From IMG/VR virus record IMGVR_UViG_3300033414_000006, positions 1 through 28,989 of that record: a DNA stretch of 28,989 nt; one strand, given 5' to 3'. The DNA comes from a virus. Lineage: Duplodnaviria > Caudoviricetes. A program made the position numbers and the translations under genes. Shown in pieces: positions 8,364 through 17,998 of this stretch; positions within the stretch are counted from its first letter, which is position 1, and each line of letters starts with the position of its first letter. The notes below the pieces were generated by a model. The model made no database searches. It was not told where the DNA came from and worked only from the letters and a program-made list of their open reading frames with translations.

Positions 8364-10166
8364 TTAAGCGTCGTAACCTTCCAGCTCGATCAGGAACTTA
8401 CCAGCCGTATAGGCCGCAGCAGTGCCGCCAGCGCCGCCGGTCAGATACAGATACTCATTAGCAGCAGGCCACGCGGAAAAGCTCTTGAACGTGCCAGCAG
8501 ACCACGCGCCACCAGAGGTAAGCAGAGCTGTTTCTGTAAGGTCAGTAACCAAGCCGTCGAACACCCCAGTATTTTCAGTTGCGGAATACAGGTCGATGTC
8601 AGTAACACCACCAGCGGGAGCTTCAAGACAGGTAATGCGGCCTGTCAGGATAGTCCCATTCAGAGCAGCGGTGATCTGCCCGATGTAAGCGGCAGACACG
8701 CCCTGGCCGATAATGTCCAGATCGGTAGTCGAAGAGCTGAGTCCTGTCAGGTCGATCAGATAAGAAGTGCGGATAATGCCGCCCGTCTTTACCACGCTGT
8801 TTTTGTAGACTGTCCCGACGCCACCAGTAATGCCTGCGCCAGCTGTGCCGGTTGTATTACCGCCAAGATCCACCTCATTGCCAAATGTCTTGACGCCGTT
8901 GATCGTCTGCGCCCCTTCGGTCATAACAAACGAGGCGTTAGCACCTGCATCTGGAATGGTGTAGGTGCGTGCCGCAGCTTGTGAGGCATTGGTAATGGTC
9001 GTATTGGTGTTGCCGGCGCTGTTTGCCGCCTGAATGACAAGAGAACCGTTCTGAGTCGAAGGAGCTGGAAGCGTGAGTACTTCGCATGTTTCCCATGTCG
9101 TACCATCGATGGCGCGAAAGGTCAGTTCTCCGCCTGGAGGAATATCCACAGACAGATTGACGGCCAGTGCGTTGATGGCATCGGAGGTGTTGGGGAACAC
9201 CGCCAATGTGGTGGCTCCGGAGTTTTTCACCGTCTGAACCTGGCCAGCAACAGCAGTCAGCAGTTTCACGCTATCGCCAGCGGTTGCGCAGACAGTGACG
9301 TTATTCCATTCTCCAGTGAGAGCGGTTGCGCTTGCCTGACCACCAGTAGCAAACGCGGTAATAGTAGTGTTGTGGTCGGCTACGCGAGGGACGGTGTAGG
9401 TCTGCACCCCGTTAATGGTCTGAGCGCCTTCGCTCATCAAGAACGAAGCCGCCGCATTGCCAGGGTCTGGAATGGTCAGGGTAGAAGCCTGCCCAAATGA
9501 GGCGTTGGTAACCTTCACCTCATGATCGGCTGCGTTATCGGCCGCAACAATGATCAGCTCGCCTTTCTGCGTTGATGGGGCGGAAAGCACTACGGCTTCA
9601 TTCGTTTCCCACACAACAGCACTGATGGCGCGGAATGTTAATGTCCCGCCGACAGGGATGTTCACAGACAAGTTAGCGGCAAGGGCATTAATCGAGTCAT
9701 CTGTCGCCGGGAATACCGCCAGACTTGCAGCGCCGCTATTCTTGATGGTGATTGCCTTTCCTGTCGCTGCGGCAGGCAACTTAACCGAGTCGCCCGCTGT
9801 TGCACATGTCGTGACGTTGTTGAATTCTGCCGTCAACGCTGTTGCGCTTGCTTGACCTCCGGTAGCAAATGCAGTGATGCCTGTCGCGGTATCGTAAACG
9901 ATAGGTTCGTCCGTGGTGATCTGCCCGATAGTGGCAATTTCTCGGGACGCCCCAAGCACCAACGCCTTATTTGCGGCCGCAGTACCATTGGTGATACCGT
10001 CGATCTTGGCGAGGTCGGCGGCGGCTAAGCCGTCGAGAGCGGCAAGCTCTAGCAGATTGATTGTTGATTTTGTGTTGTCGGAATTGACAACGACAATGGA
10101 GGAGTTTTTCCCCATTTCCAGTTTTCCGCTAATAAGCAGATTTGCGAATTTTTGCCATAATCTCAT
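8364..10166 (-). CDS. Virion structural protein (possible head fibre) with a duplicated ~170-aa domain
   Basis: A/T/G-rich; the block ITAFATGGQASATALT...EGAQTINGV occurs twice. Confidence 0.65.
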   Translation of the reverse strand: MRLWQKFANLLISGKLEMGKNSSIVVVNSDNTKSTINLLELAALDGLAAADLAKIDGITNGTAAANKALVLGASREIATIGQITTDEPIVYDTATGITAFATGGQASATALTAEFNNVTTCATAGDSVKLPAAATGKAITIKNSGAASLAVFPATDDSINALAANLSVNIPVGGTLTFRAISAVVWETNEAVVLSAPSTQKGELIIVAADNAADHEVKVTNASFGQASTLTIPDPGNAAASFLMSEGAQTINGVQTYTVPRVADHNTTITAFATGGQASATALTGEWNNVTVCATAGDSVKLLTAVAGQVQTVKNSGATTLAVFPNTSDAINALAVNLSVDIPPGGELTFRAIDGTTWETCEVLTLPAPSTQNGSLVIQAANSAGNTNTTITNASQAAARTYTIPDAGANASFVMTEGAQTINGVKTFGNEVDLGGNTTGTAGAGITGGVGTVYKNSVVKTGGIIRTSYLIDLTGLSSSTTDLDIIGQGVSAAYIGQITAALNGTILTGRITCLEAPAGGVTDIDLYSATENTGVFDGLVTDLTETALLTSGGAWSAGTFKSFSAWPAANEYLYLTGGAGGTAAAYTAGKFLIELEGYDA

Positions 10167-10219
10167 GATGATTTTCCTATATTGAAAGTGGGCTATGCCC
10201 TTGTGAAATAACTATCGAA

Positions 10220-10696
10220 TTAAGCCTCGGACAGCATCTTGTCGAGCCAAGGTCGGCCCATAGGATTCCGGTCTTCAATCAGCTCAAAGGGGTATTTGAG
10301 AGACTGCGTTTTGCTGATGTTGTAGGTATCAAACCCGTTGTTATCTCTACCGAACGGAGTTTCGACATTGTCTTCTTTGGCCTGCGCCAAAACAGCAAGG
10401 AATTTCCGCTTGATAATCTGAGGAATCCCGCGAACGACATATTGGTTGACACCGTTCACTGACAAGCATGGAATTCGTTCGCGCTTTTTGTCGGAGGTTG
10501 TATGGATACGAATCACAACCTTTTCCTCCATAAACGCCAAACGCTCTGCCTTTGCCTTCAGATTTGGCCCATCGACAATCTCGAATTGATCTTTGAAATC
10601 CTCCGGGTCAATTGATCCTGTTGCCGGTATTTCATGGAATTGGTCCTGACCGATCTTCACTTCGTTTGAATCAAAAATCGTTTTTCTGCGACCCAT
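10220..10696 (-). CDS. Hypothetical phage protein (head region)
   Basis: GGAG RBS, 158-aa ORF in the head-gene cluster. Confidence 0.7.
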   Translation of the reverse strand: MGRRKTIFDSNEVKIGQDQFHEIPATGSIDPEDFKDQFEIVDGPNLKAKAERLAFMEEKVVIRIHTTSDKKRERIPCLSVNGVNQYVVRGIPQIIKRKFLAVLAQAKEDNVETPFGRDNNGFDTYNISKTQSLKYPFELIEDRNPMGRPWLDKMLSEA

Positions 10697-10712
10697 ATTT
10701 TTCTCCTAAATG

Positions 10713-10734
10713 AAAAGGCCGCCCGAAGGCGGCC
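10713..10734 (-). terminator. Rho-independent terminator
   Basis: Minus strand reads GGCCGCC-TTCG-GGCGGCC-TTTT. Confidence 0.75.
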
Positions 10735-10751
10735 ATGTTACGCGGACGTGA

Positions 10752-11285
10752 TTAGCTAGCCACTGGACGGTCTGGCATAGCCATCACAGAGGTGAAGGTG
10801 TTGGCGTGGGCGGTAGATGCCGAGTTCTGCGCACCTGTAACAGTGGTATTGCTTGAACCGAAAATGTACGACGCACCGCTGGTGTAGTCGGTCGCCACTT
10901 TGACAACCACATAGCCGAACGGGCAAAAATCCTCCGGCAATGAAGGGAACTGCGGACGATCCTTGAAACTGCCAGGAGTGTATGTGGTCGAATTGACATC
11001 GAGTTCAGCCAGCGGACCCTGCGCCATCCGAAGAGTAGTGGACTCGGTAGATGTTGCACCAACCACAATAACAGCGCCGTAACCAGCGGGGATGCCTTCC
11101 AGCGTAGCTCCAGTAGTAATGTCGGTTGTGCTTGGCTGTACATTGGTAGTTGTGGCCTGAGTGTATGCCTTGCCCTTGATGCAATAGTACGGCGCAACGC
11201 CAAGCGTAAGGGTAGTAGTAGAGCCGCCAGCAAGCGCCGAGTCAGCATGGCAGAAAGTCGCCCCTGCAAATTGAATTACGTTCAT
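10752..11285 (-). CDS. Putative capsid decoration / minor head protein
   Basis: T/A/G-rich 177 aa immediately after the major capsid gene; GGAG RBS. Confidence 0.55.
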   Translation of the reverse strand: MNVIQFAGATFCHADSALAGGSTTTLTLGVAPYYCIKGKAYTQATTTNVQPSTTDITTGATLEGIPAGYGAVIVVGATSTESTTLRMAQGPLAELDVNSTTYTPGSFKDRPQFPSLPEDFCPFGYVVVKVATDYTSGASYIFGSSNTTVTGAQNSASTAHANTFTSVMAMPDRPVAS

Positions 11286-11298
11286 GATATTTCTCCAG

Positions 11299-11326
11299 AA
11301 AAAGAAAGGGCGGATTTCTCCGCCCT
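11299..11326 (-). terminator. Rho-independent terminator after the major capsid gene
   Basis: Minus strand reads AGGGCGGA-GAAA-TCCGCCCT-TTCTTTTT. Confidence 0.8.
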
Positions 11327-11332
11327 ATTTAA

Positions 11333-12388
11333 TTACGCCTGAACTGTTGCGCCGACTTCGCCGACCGCCATCCATCCGTTGTTCAGAACGGCGGACTGGA
11401 AGTAGAACTTGGCGCCAGCATAACCGCGCTGACCGCCCGGGTCTGACTTGCTCTTTTCGCGAGGGTCAATCCAGATGATGTCCATGGCTTTGGTGTTCTT
11501 GACGCCAAGCTGGCACCAAGCATCCATACCGGTAACGATGACGGGGTACACGTCAATCTGAGAAGCACCAGTAGACACCAGCCCTGTGGAACCAACTGAT
11601 GCACCAGAATCCGGGATTGACGCCAATTCCGGAGAGAGTACGAATCTGAAGCTCTCGCATGAACCGATTTCCTGCTCATGAACAACTGAGCGTTTGCCAT
11701 ATTCGGCAATTGGAATGAAATTCTCCAAATCGCGAATATCGCCTTCCAGGTCTGTATGACAGAACACCAGATATGCGGCCTCGACTGGAGATGTCCCGGT
11801 GTTTGTACTTCCGTCGATGATCTTTGTGATCATCTTCGCATGATTGCCTTTCAGACTCTTGGTAATGTTGCGCAAAAACGATCTTGTCAGCGTCTGGTCA
11901 ACGGTCGCACGCGAAGTACCACCAGAGTAGAACTTATTGGTGCAAGCCTTAACTGCGCCATAACGAACCATCTCCTTCACTAGCCCCATACGCTCCCCAG
12001 TGGCGATCTTCATCTCTTCTGGAATGTCGTCTTCGTACAGGTCGTAGGTCTGATCGGTGAAACCGTACAGGCACATATACTGGTTGATGTTTATTTCAAC
12101 ATCATGGAACGCCAACGTATCGGCAGCCGGAGTAACGCCTTCCTGTGTCAGGTGCGCCGCAGCCGTAACTGTCCAGCGGTCTGTAGGGTCGACGCCGCTA
12201 GAAACGGCGGTGTCGGTTGCGCCATATGGAAGCACGCGACGATAAACAATGGTTTTACCCATGTTCTTGTCCATCTGCTTCTCGACGCCGGTAATGCCGA
12301 GAACCTGAATGGGCTCTGAGTGATTGATAATTTCGCCCTTTTGCTTGCCAATACGGGCGGCTTCGGTAGTTGTTAGCTGAAAAGCCAT
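11333..12388 (-). CDS. Major capsid protein, N4-gp56 family
   Basis: LTQEGVTP, HTDLEGDIR, EIGSCESFRF and KSDPGGQRGYAGAK motifs; follows the scaffold. Confidence 0.9.
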   Translation of the reverse strand: MAFQLTTTEAARIGKQKGEIINHSEPIQVLGITGVEKQMDKNMGKTIVYRRVLPYGATDTAVSSGVDPTDRWTVTAAAHLTQEGVTPAADTLAFHDVEININQYMCLYGFTDQTYDLYEDDIPEEMKIATGERMGLVKEMVRYGAVKACTNKFYSGGTSRATVDQTLTRSFLRNITKSLKGNHAKMITKIIDGSTNTGTSPVEAAYLVFCHTDLEGDIRDLENFIPIAEYGKRSVVHEQEIGSCESFRFVLSPELASIPDSGASVGSTGLVSTGASQIDVYPVIVTGMDAWCQLGVKNTKAMDIIWIDPREKSKSDPGGQRGYAGAKFYFQSAVLNNGWMAVGEVGATVQA

Positions 12389-12404
12389 GATGTTCTCCTA
12401 GTAA

Positions 12405-13289
12405 TCAATTGGCACTACGCAGAGACGGCTTGCTTCGCCGTGCCTGCATGAATGCTTCTTCTTCGGATAATGCGGATTGAGTGACAGGAGCCAAGCCGGA
12501 TGGCTGTGCCGCTGCTGCTAATCTCCGCTTCTGTTCTTGCTTCAGGCGCTCCGCCACTTGTGCTTCGCCCTGCTGTTTTTCTTGCTGTTTGCGATGACCT
12601 TCTCGCCAAGATTTGAACTCGGACAGTTTCTTTGCTGCATAGAAAAGGTCGTGGCTAGTTTCGGTTTCTTGAAACTCTTCAGGGGTCAGGGTTTCTCTCC
12701 ACGCGTCATACTCTTTCGACGCTACGCTCTCCCTCCAGTCTGGGTGCTGAGACTCAAAAAACTTGGTGGCGAAATCGGAAACGGCTTTCGATACTCGCTC
12801 CTCGACCTGCTCCTCAATCTTTTTGGGGTCGACCTGATTCGTTTGAGAGACAAAGCCCTTTAGATCCTCCTCCAATGAATTGGCGAACTCGTCATATCCT
12901 TGAGCCCTCAATCTCTCCAGTTTTGCAACGACCTGAGGCGGCTGCTGCTGAAGCTGCTGCTTCTGTGCGCTCTTGAGTTGATGAATCATTTCCTTCATCG
13001 CCCCAATCTGCCCAGATAACTTTTGAGACGTTCCTTCAAGCGTTTCAAGACGATCCAACTTGGCCCTTATCTGAGATTCCGTAAGCCCGGCCAAAACAGG
13101 TTTTTCTTCCTCCACCTCAACTACCGTTTCAGTGGTGACAACGGGCTCTTCAGGTTGCAATACGGTCTCGTCTTCGCTCTTTGTGGTCCCATCAGCAGGC
13201 TCTTCACCTCTGATGGCGGCCTGGAAGGCGGCGCTCTCTGCCTGGTCGAGTTGGTCCTGTGAAAATTCCTGCTCTTGCTCTTCAGCCAT
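12405..13289 (-). CDS. Capsid scaffolding protein
   Basis: Acidic N-terminus, coiled coil, HPDW motif; directly upstream of the capsid gene. Confidence 0.7.
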   Translation of the reverse strand: MAEEQEQEFSQDQLDQAESAAFQAAIRGEEPADGTTKSEDETVLQPEEPVVTTETVVEVEEEKPVLAGLTESQIRAKLDRLETLEGTSQKLSGQIGAMKEMIHQLKSAQKQQLQQQPPQVVAKLERLRAQGYDEFANSLEEDLKGFVSQTNQVDPKKIEEQVEERVSKAVSDFATKFFESQHPDWRESVASKEYDAWRETLTPEEFQETETSHDLFYAAKKLSEFKSWREGHRKQQEKQQGEAQVAERLKQEQKRRLAAAAQPSGLAPVTQSALSEEEAFMQARRSKPSLRSAN

Positions 13290-13304
13290 GTTTTCTCCGC
13301 AAAC

Positions 13305-13326
13305 AAAAAAGCCAGCATCAGCTGGC
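13305..13326 (-). terminator. Rho-independent terminator
   Basis: Minus strand reads GCCAGC-TGAT-GCTGGC-TTTTTT. Confidence 0.6.
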
Positions 13327-13352
13327 CTGTGTCTTACAAAACAGCGTGGCGG

Positions 13353-13571
13353 CTATCTGCCGTCGTCTGTCACCTGTGCCGCGACTGGTTTTTCCAGACT
13401 CAGCAAAGCCTTTAATCGCGCAATCTGTCCGCGAATGTTCGCGGTAGCAACGGGGTCGTGATCACCGTCGTTTCTCATGCGCAGGGTGTTCAATTCGGCT
13501 TCCATGTGCGCCTTCAGCTTCTTCCATAGGGCGCTGTGGATTTCGTTCTGTTCGAGCTTATTGAGCCTCAT
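13353..13571 (-). CDS. Small conserved-position protein between portal and scaffold
   Basis: ATGA overlap with the portal stop; helical TANIRGQIARLK motif. Confidence 0.7.
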   Translation of the reverse strand: MRLNKLEQNEIHSALWKKLKAHMEAELNTLRMRNDGDHDPVATANIRGQIARLKALLSLEKPVAAQVTDDGR

Positions 13572-15775
13572 ATGCCGCTACCTTCTTGGGCTTTGAGCAG
13601 AGCTTCGGCGGTGAATAATTTCTCTTTCATGCTCTGATCCAACTGGTTGTTGGCGAGGTCGGTTCTGAGCTTATCTATCTCGACACTGCGCTTCAGCTCC
13701 ATTTCCATGGTCTTCAACTGGAGTTCGATGTTCTTCATCGACATTTCATGCTGGCGTTGACGTTCGGCTTCTTGGGCCTTGAATTGCAGCTCTGACATGT
13801 CTGATTGCTGGACCAGTTGAGCCTTCTGGAGCTCTGTCTGAGAACGGATATTGGCCGCCTCAATACCTGGGTCGGTCTGCTGAGGGGCCTGCTGCATCTG
13901 CGCCTTCTTCTCGTCAGAGAGCTTCATGGCGTTGTAATTCATGCGCTGGGACTTCATCAGCTCCTTGGTCCACAGCTCGAAATCCAGACCAGAGGCCGGG
14001 TTAGCGGCGATCTCCGCAAGCTGGACAATCGTCTGATCGTGAATAGCCCTCTCTACTAGGGAAGAGGAGGCATGGACTACTACGCAATAATCGCCCTTCT
14101 CGTCATCCGGAACGTCTGGATCTGCCATCAGGTAATCGTAGTAGCGCTTGACGTGAGGCTCGAAGAAATCGTCAAACGTGCGGGCGATGCGACGCAACAT
14201 CGATCCAGACGCTTGGGTCTTGAGAATTGAGCTTGTCGCTGTCTCGGGCGCGGCGGATGCCTGCCCTTGCATGATCAGGTCGAATCCTGTTAGCCGGTCG
14301 GCCATGTCCAGTGAAAACTGGATAATGTTCATCAGTTCAACTTGACGGGTTTCGATCGTGATAGCAGCGAACGCCTTGTTTACGTCGTCCATCGTCGCGC
14401 CAGGCAGCTTGCGCCAGACCTTGCGGGGATAGAGTTTCATGTTTCCATCAGCCGGGACTATTGCCTCGTCATCCAGAACGATCTGGGGGCCGCCGGAGAG
14501 CGCGGCATTGTCGAGCATGTTGCGGTTGGCCCCGTTCAGTTCTTTCTGAGCGGGCATGATCTGCTTGGCAATACCGATTCCTGCCCAGAAGTCGGCGCGG
14601 CGGCGCATTACCCAGACGTCGTATGGGAACTCGCCGGACTCCAGATGGGAAACGGCGGCCTTAATCACCCGGTCATTGACCATCGTGATCACGACAGGAA
14701 TGGTTTCGGTCGTGTACGCCCTGCACTCGCAGCCAGCAGATTCAACGTCTTCGGCGCTCACGTCGCCGTAGAAATACCAGACATCAAACCGTTCGTCGTC
14801 CTCGACGATTTTACGGGTATGGGTCTCCTCGTTGCGCTTGCCCGGCCCTTCCTCAAGCACGGCCATGATCTCATCGCGCAGATACCCGAGGTGTTCCGGG
14901 GAATCCATGCACTCGCGCAGCTGTTTGGCCGACCACGAATCAAACTCGAACACGAACGAGCCGTTGTGGATGTCTTCACCGCACGCTGGATCGGGGTAGA
15001 AATTGCGGATGTTGACCGCTTTCGATGCGGGGATGATCTCTTCGACCATTTCCATGACCATCGCGCCGTCTCTAACACTCGATGTTCTGCGGCGCTTAAC
15101 GGTCGGAATCGGGCCCTTGAGCACCCCCGTTCCGTAAAGGGACAGCGAATCAGTGACCTTACGCAACTCTCCATGGATGTTACATTCCTCCATCCAATCA
15201 TCGATGCGTGTCTGCGCTTTCTCCGCGCGTTTCTTTGCCTCGTCTAGCTGCTGCTGAGCGATGTCTTTTGCTGGGACGGTCTGCGGCCCCGCTGGAGATT
15301 GGAGCTGGACTAGATCGGTACTCTGCTTCATCCCCTCCAACTCAGGAATGGGAGAATGGTCAATCGTGAAGTTCCGGTCATCCATCGGATTAACGATGTC
15401 GCTGATGCGGGCCGAGAACCCTTCGACATACTTGGCGGTGATCCCTAGGTAGAGATTTGACCCGTTACTTCCTCCCTGGCGCTCAACCGTTACCCTCCCG
15501 CTCATCGTGCGCGGCTTTACCAACTTCTCGGTATTGCGGTTGGCGTTATCGATGCCTTCGTAAGCGTCCTCGCACTCGTCCCACTCGTCCTCGATGCCGC
15601 TTAGGTAGCGGTGCTCGATGGCTTTTTTGCGCTTACCCGACAGTGTCGCGGCCAGTGAATGCAGGCGCGACTTGCGCTCTTCCTCCATCTGCTTCAGGAG
15701 GGCGAGATCCTCTTCAGACAATACCTCTTCGAGAATTGAGTTATCCTCCAATGTCGCGTTTTCGTACTGATCCAT
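13568..15775 (-). CDS. Portal protein
   Basis: 735 aa with LYGTGVLKGP, NFYPDP, GIGIA and ETAT motifs and a Gln-rich C-terminal coiled-coil barrel (P22-like). Confidence 0.88.
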   Translation of the reverse strand: MDQYENATLEDNSILEEVLSEEDLALLKQMEEERKSRLHSLAATLSGKRKKAIEHRYLSGIEDEWDECEDAYEGIDNANRNTEKLVKPRTMSGRVTVERQGGSNGSNLYLGITAKYVEGFSARISDIVNPMDDRNFTIDHSPIPELEGMKQSTDLVQLQSPAGPQTVPAKDIAQQQLDEAKKRAEKAQTRIDDWMEECNIHGELRKVTDSLSLYGTGVLKGPIPTVKRRRTSSVRDGAMVMEMVEEIIPASKAVNIRNFYPDPACGEDIHNGSFVFEFDSWSAKQLRECMDSPEHLGYLRDEIMAVLEEGPGKRNEETHTRKIVEDDERFDVWYFYGDVSAEDVESAGCECRAYTTETIPVVITMVNDRVIKAAVSHLESGEFPYDVWVMRRRADFWAGIGIAKQIMPAQKELNGANRNMLDNAALSGGPQIVLDDEAIVPADGNMKLYPRKVWRKLPGATMDDVNKAFAAITIETRQVELMNIIQFSLDMADRLTGFDLIMQGQASAAPETATSSILKTQASGSMLRRIARTFDDFFEPHVKRYYDYLMADPDVPDDEKGDYCVVVHASSSLVERAIHDQTIVQLAEIAANPASGLDFELWTKELMKSQRMNYNAMKLSDEKKAQMQQAPQQTDPGIEAANIRSQTELQKAQLVQQSDMSELQFKAQEAERQRQHEMSMKNIELQLKTMEMELKRSVEIDKLRTDLANNQLDQSMKEKLFTAEALLKAQEGSGI

Positions 15776-15780
15776 TCCGT

Positions 15781-16851
15781 TTATCCTATGCGGAACCAGG
15801 CGCGCGGCAATGCGGTAACTGACGATGAATATGCCATCACCCCGAGCGTTGATGGCATCGTTGCGCTATATGCTGTGGAGATATATCCAACGCATGTGAG
15901 ATCGGTGGGGGCAACGAGCCCCAGAATAGAGCACAGCGAACTATCTACAGTGAACTGAGTGACCGACGGGTCTGCGCTAAAATTGACGACGATGAAATAC
16001 AGTCCTGCATCAACATATCCATCGGAGATGGTTATTGCGCCCTCCTTTATTCCAGTCGTGCCTGTTGAAATTGCTGAAATCTGAGCAACAAGAGTGGTCG
16101 GAACGCCGTTGGTAGATCCTGGCGCACCACTGCATGCTGAATTATACAATCCAATGACAACGTTGCCCGCTACTGCCGTAGTTACGTTAATCCCGAGTTT
16201 CGTCGGCAGGCATCGATGCGGAATGATCACGGGGATGCAATACATCGTATTGGCCAATACAGCTGCTGGCGTGATTGCAGATGTTGGCGCCGAGTAGTAT
16301 TGCCCGGCCACTAATCCAGGGTGATAGGCGGGAGAGAGTTCTGTTAGCCGTCCATTGACAGTGATTCCACTTTCTTTGCTGATGGCCGGTTTTGCCAGTG
16401 CGTTGCTCGGAGCCCCTACGTGATCGTTGGCAAATGAATAAAATAGATCGACATTCCCAATGTTCGACACACTAGAGAGATTCGGTGAGTAATATGCACA
16501 CCATGACCCAACGGTTGTAGACGCCCCGACTCCGACGAGTTCTGACTCAAAACCCAACAACGACGTGACATTGCCGCCCAGAGCGGACGCGGTGCCTAAC
16601 TGAACCACCCCTTTGTCATGAGTCCCCGCCCCCGTCAATGTCAGGTTTAATTGTTTGACGCTGTTATACCCAGGAGCCGATACGCTGTTTGAACTGTTGT
16701 AGGTGTTGGCCTCGCTTGTTGCAAAAACTTGCTTATCGCTGGCGCCGGATGGTGTCGTTGTGAGCGTCAGCGTTTGTAGGTTTTCGGTCCCAGTAGTGCC
16801 GGTATCGCCGTATGTCTGATACCGCTGGACTAGCGCACGCCAGTTAGCCAT
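15781..16851 (-). CDS. Putative virion structural / appendage protein
   Basis: S/T/G/A-rich beta-type composition; operonic overlap with its neighbours. Confidence 0.55.
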   Translation of the reverse strand: MANWRALVQRYQTYGDTGTTGTENLQTLTLTTTPSGASDKQVFATSEANTYNSSNSVSAPGYNSVKQLNLTLTGAGTHDKGVVQLGTASALGGNVTSLLGFESELVGVGASTTVGSWCAYYSPNLSSVSNIGNVDLFYSFANDHVGAPSNALAKPAISKESGITVNGRLTELSPAYHPGLVAGQYYSAPTSAITPAAVLANTMYCIPVIIPHRCLPTKLGINVTTAVAGNVVIGLYNSACSGAPGSTNGVPTTLVAQISAISTGTTGIKEGAITISDGYVDAGLYFIVVNFSADPSVTQFTVDSSLCSILGLVAPTDLTCVGYISTAYSATMPSTLGVMAYSSSVTALPRAWFRIG

Positions 16852-17234
16852 TACGAACCCCCGGCATAAACAGATACAGTCGATCCGTCAGCGTGGCCGC
16901 TTGATGCCAGCAATTTGATCTCGTACAAACCTTTGAGATCCATCGAAAACCAACCAGTTGCGCCCGCTGCGAGTGTTGTTAAATCCCCGCTGGCTCCGAC
17001 GAGGATACCTGTTGGCGATGTAAAATCGGCTGCGGCGCTGAACAGCGTTTCATAGCTAGCGTCATCATGCCAGCGGCCCTGAATTATAAATGCGTCAAGG
17101 GCCTGGCCGGTGACTGCGATATGCACCCCCACTTGCGAGAATCCGAACACTTGCCACTCCAGTATTGAGGTATTCCCGGTCTGAACGACGGAAGTCGCTA
17201 ATTTGCTCTTTTTCTGTTGATTGCTCGTACTCAT
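16851..17234 (-). CDS. Hypothetical beta-rich phage protein
   Basis: GGAG RBS; TAATG coupling to the next gene. Confidence 0.65.
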   Translation of the reverse strand: MSTSNQQKKSKLATSVVQTGNTSILEWQVFGFSQVGVHIAVTGQALDAFIIQGRWHDDASYETLFSAAADFTSPTGILVGASGDLTTLAAGATGWFSMDLKGLYEIKLLASSGHADGSTVSVYAGGS

Positions 17235-17241
17235 GATGCTC

Positions 17242-17997
17242 CTATGCAGGCTCTAGCCAGCCGAACCAGCTGCCGGTAATTGTTGCGGCCTTGTCTGTGA
17301 CGAATGTTAATCCGACACTCTGACCTTCGGTAAACGGTAGGGGCGGATCAAATCTCAGGCCGCCAGAATTATCCTGAAATGGCGCAGACGCTAGCGGCAT
17401 AAAAACGCTGGAGGACGTGAAATCATGCCCCTCGAATGTTGGAGTTGCCAACCTTACTATCGTCCCGGCTGCTGCTGATCCACTCAGGGAGCCCGAAAAA
17501 GCGGCATTGACCATCAATCTATAGCCAGCTGGCACCATTCTGACGCTACTGGAGCAGCGCAGCGCGCCGGTTGAAATCTGGGCGTAGGTCACTCCGCCGT
17601 TTTTGGCCGTAATCGTTCCGGCCGCCACAGCCCCACTGCCCCACGTCCGCAGGTGCATACACTGGATAAATCTGATGTCGGTAGCGACCGTCAGTACGTT
17701 GGAGACGCCATCCATCGTGATAATTTCCATCTGCTCCGCAAGATTTGCGTCGAGATAATGTACGTCGATTGTGCGCGCGCCCGTTCCAGCGGAGTCATCG
17801 TTAGCCGATGTGCTGGCTATTGTCATCTGCACCCCAGCGGAAGGGGGAAGGGTATATGTTCCGTTGGGCCACAAAACATTGCTCTCGGCCCCTGTCGTCG
17901 TGCGCTCTCCGTAACCACCGAACGGTCTAGCGCCAGGAATGATGCCCCGCGCCAAATCCGTCAGATATGTATTGCCGTTCTTGTTCCAGTTCGGCAT
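17242..17997 (-). CDS. Hypothetical, probably structural, phage protein
   Basis: Starts immediately after the terL stop; G/T/A-rich, containing STSANDDSAGTGART. Confidence 0.65.
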   Translation of the reverse strand: MPNWNKNGNTYLTDLARGIIPGARPFGGYGERTTTGAESNVLWPNGTYTLPPSAGVQMTIASTSANDDSAGTGARTIDVHYLDANLAEQMEIITMDGVSNVLTVATDIRFIQCMHLRTWGSGAVAAGTITAKNGGVTYAQISTGALRCSSSVRMVPAGYRLMVNAAFSGSLSGSAAAGTIVRLATPTFEGHDFTSSSVFMPLASAPFQDNSGGLRFDPPLPFTEGQSVGLTFVTDKAATITGSWFGWLEPA

Positions 17998-17998
17998 C

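Noticed and set aside
4118-10166. Diversity-generating retroelement acting on the fibre genes
   Set aside because: No reverse transcriptase in the window, and no TR/VR pair differing only at adenines; the duplication in 8364..10166 differs at all base types.
14342-15247. 301-aa plus-strand ORF
   Set aside because: Antisense shadow of the portal gene in GC-rich, codon-biased DNA.
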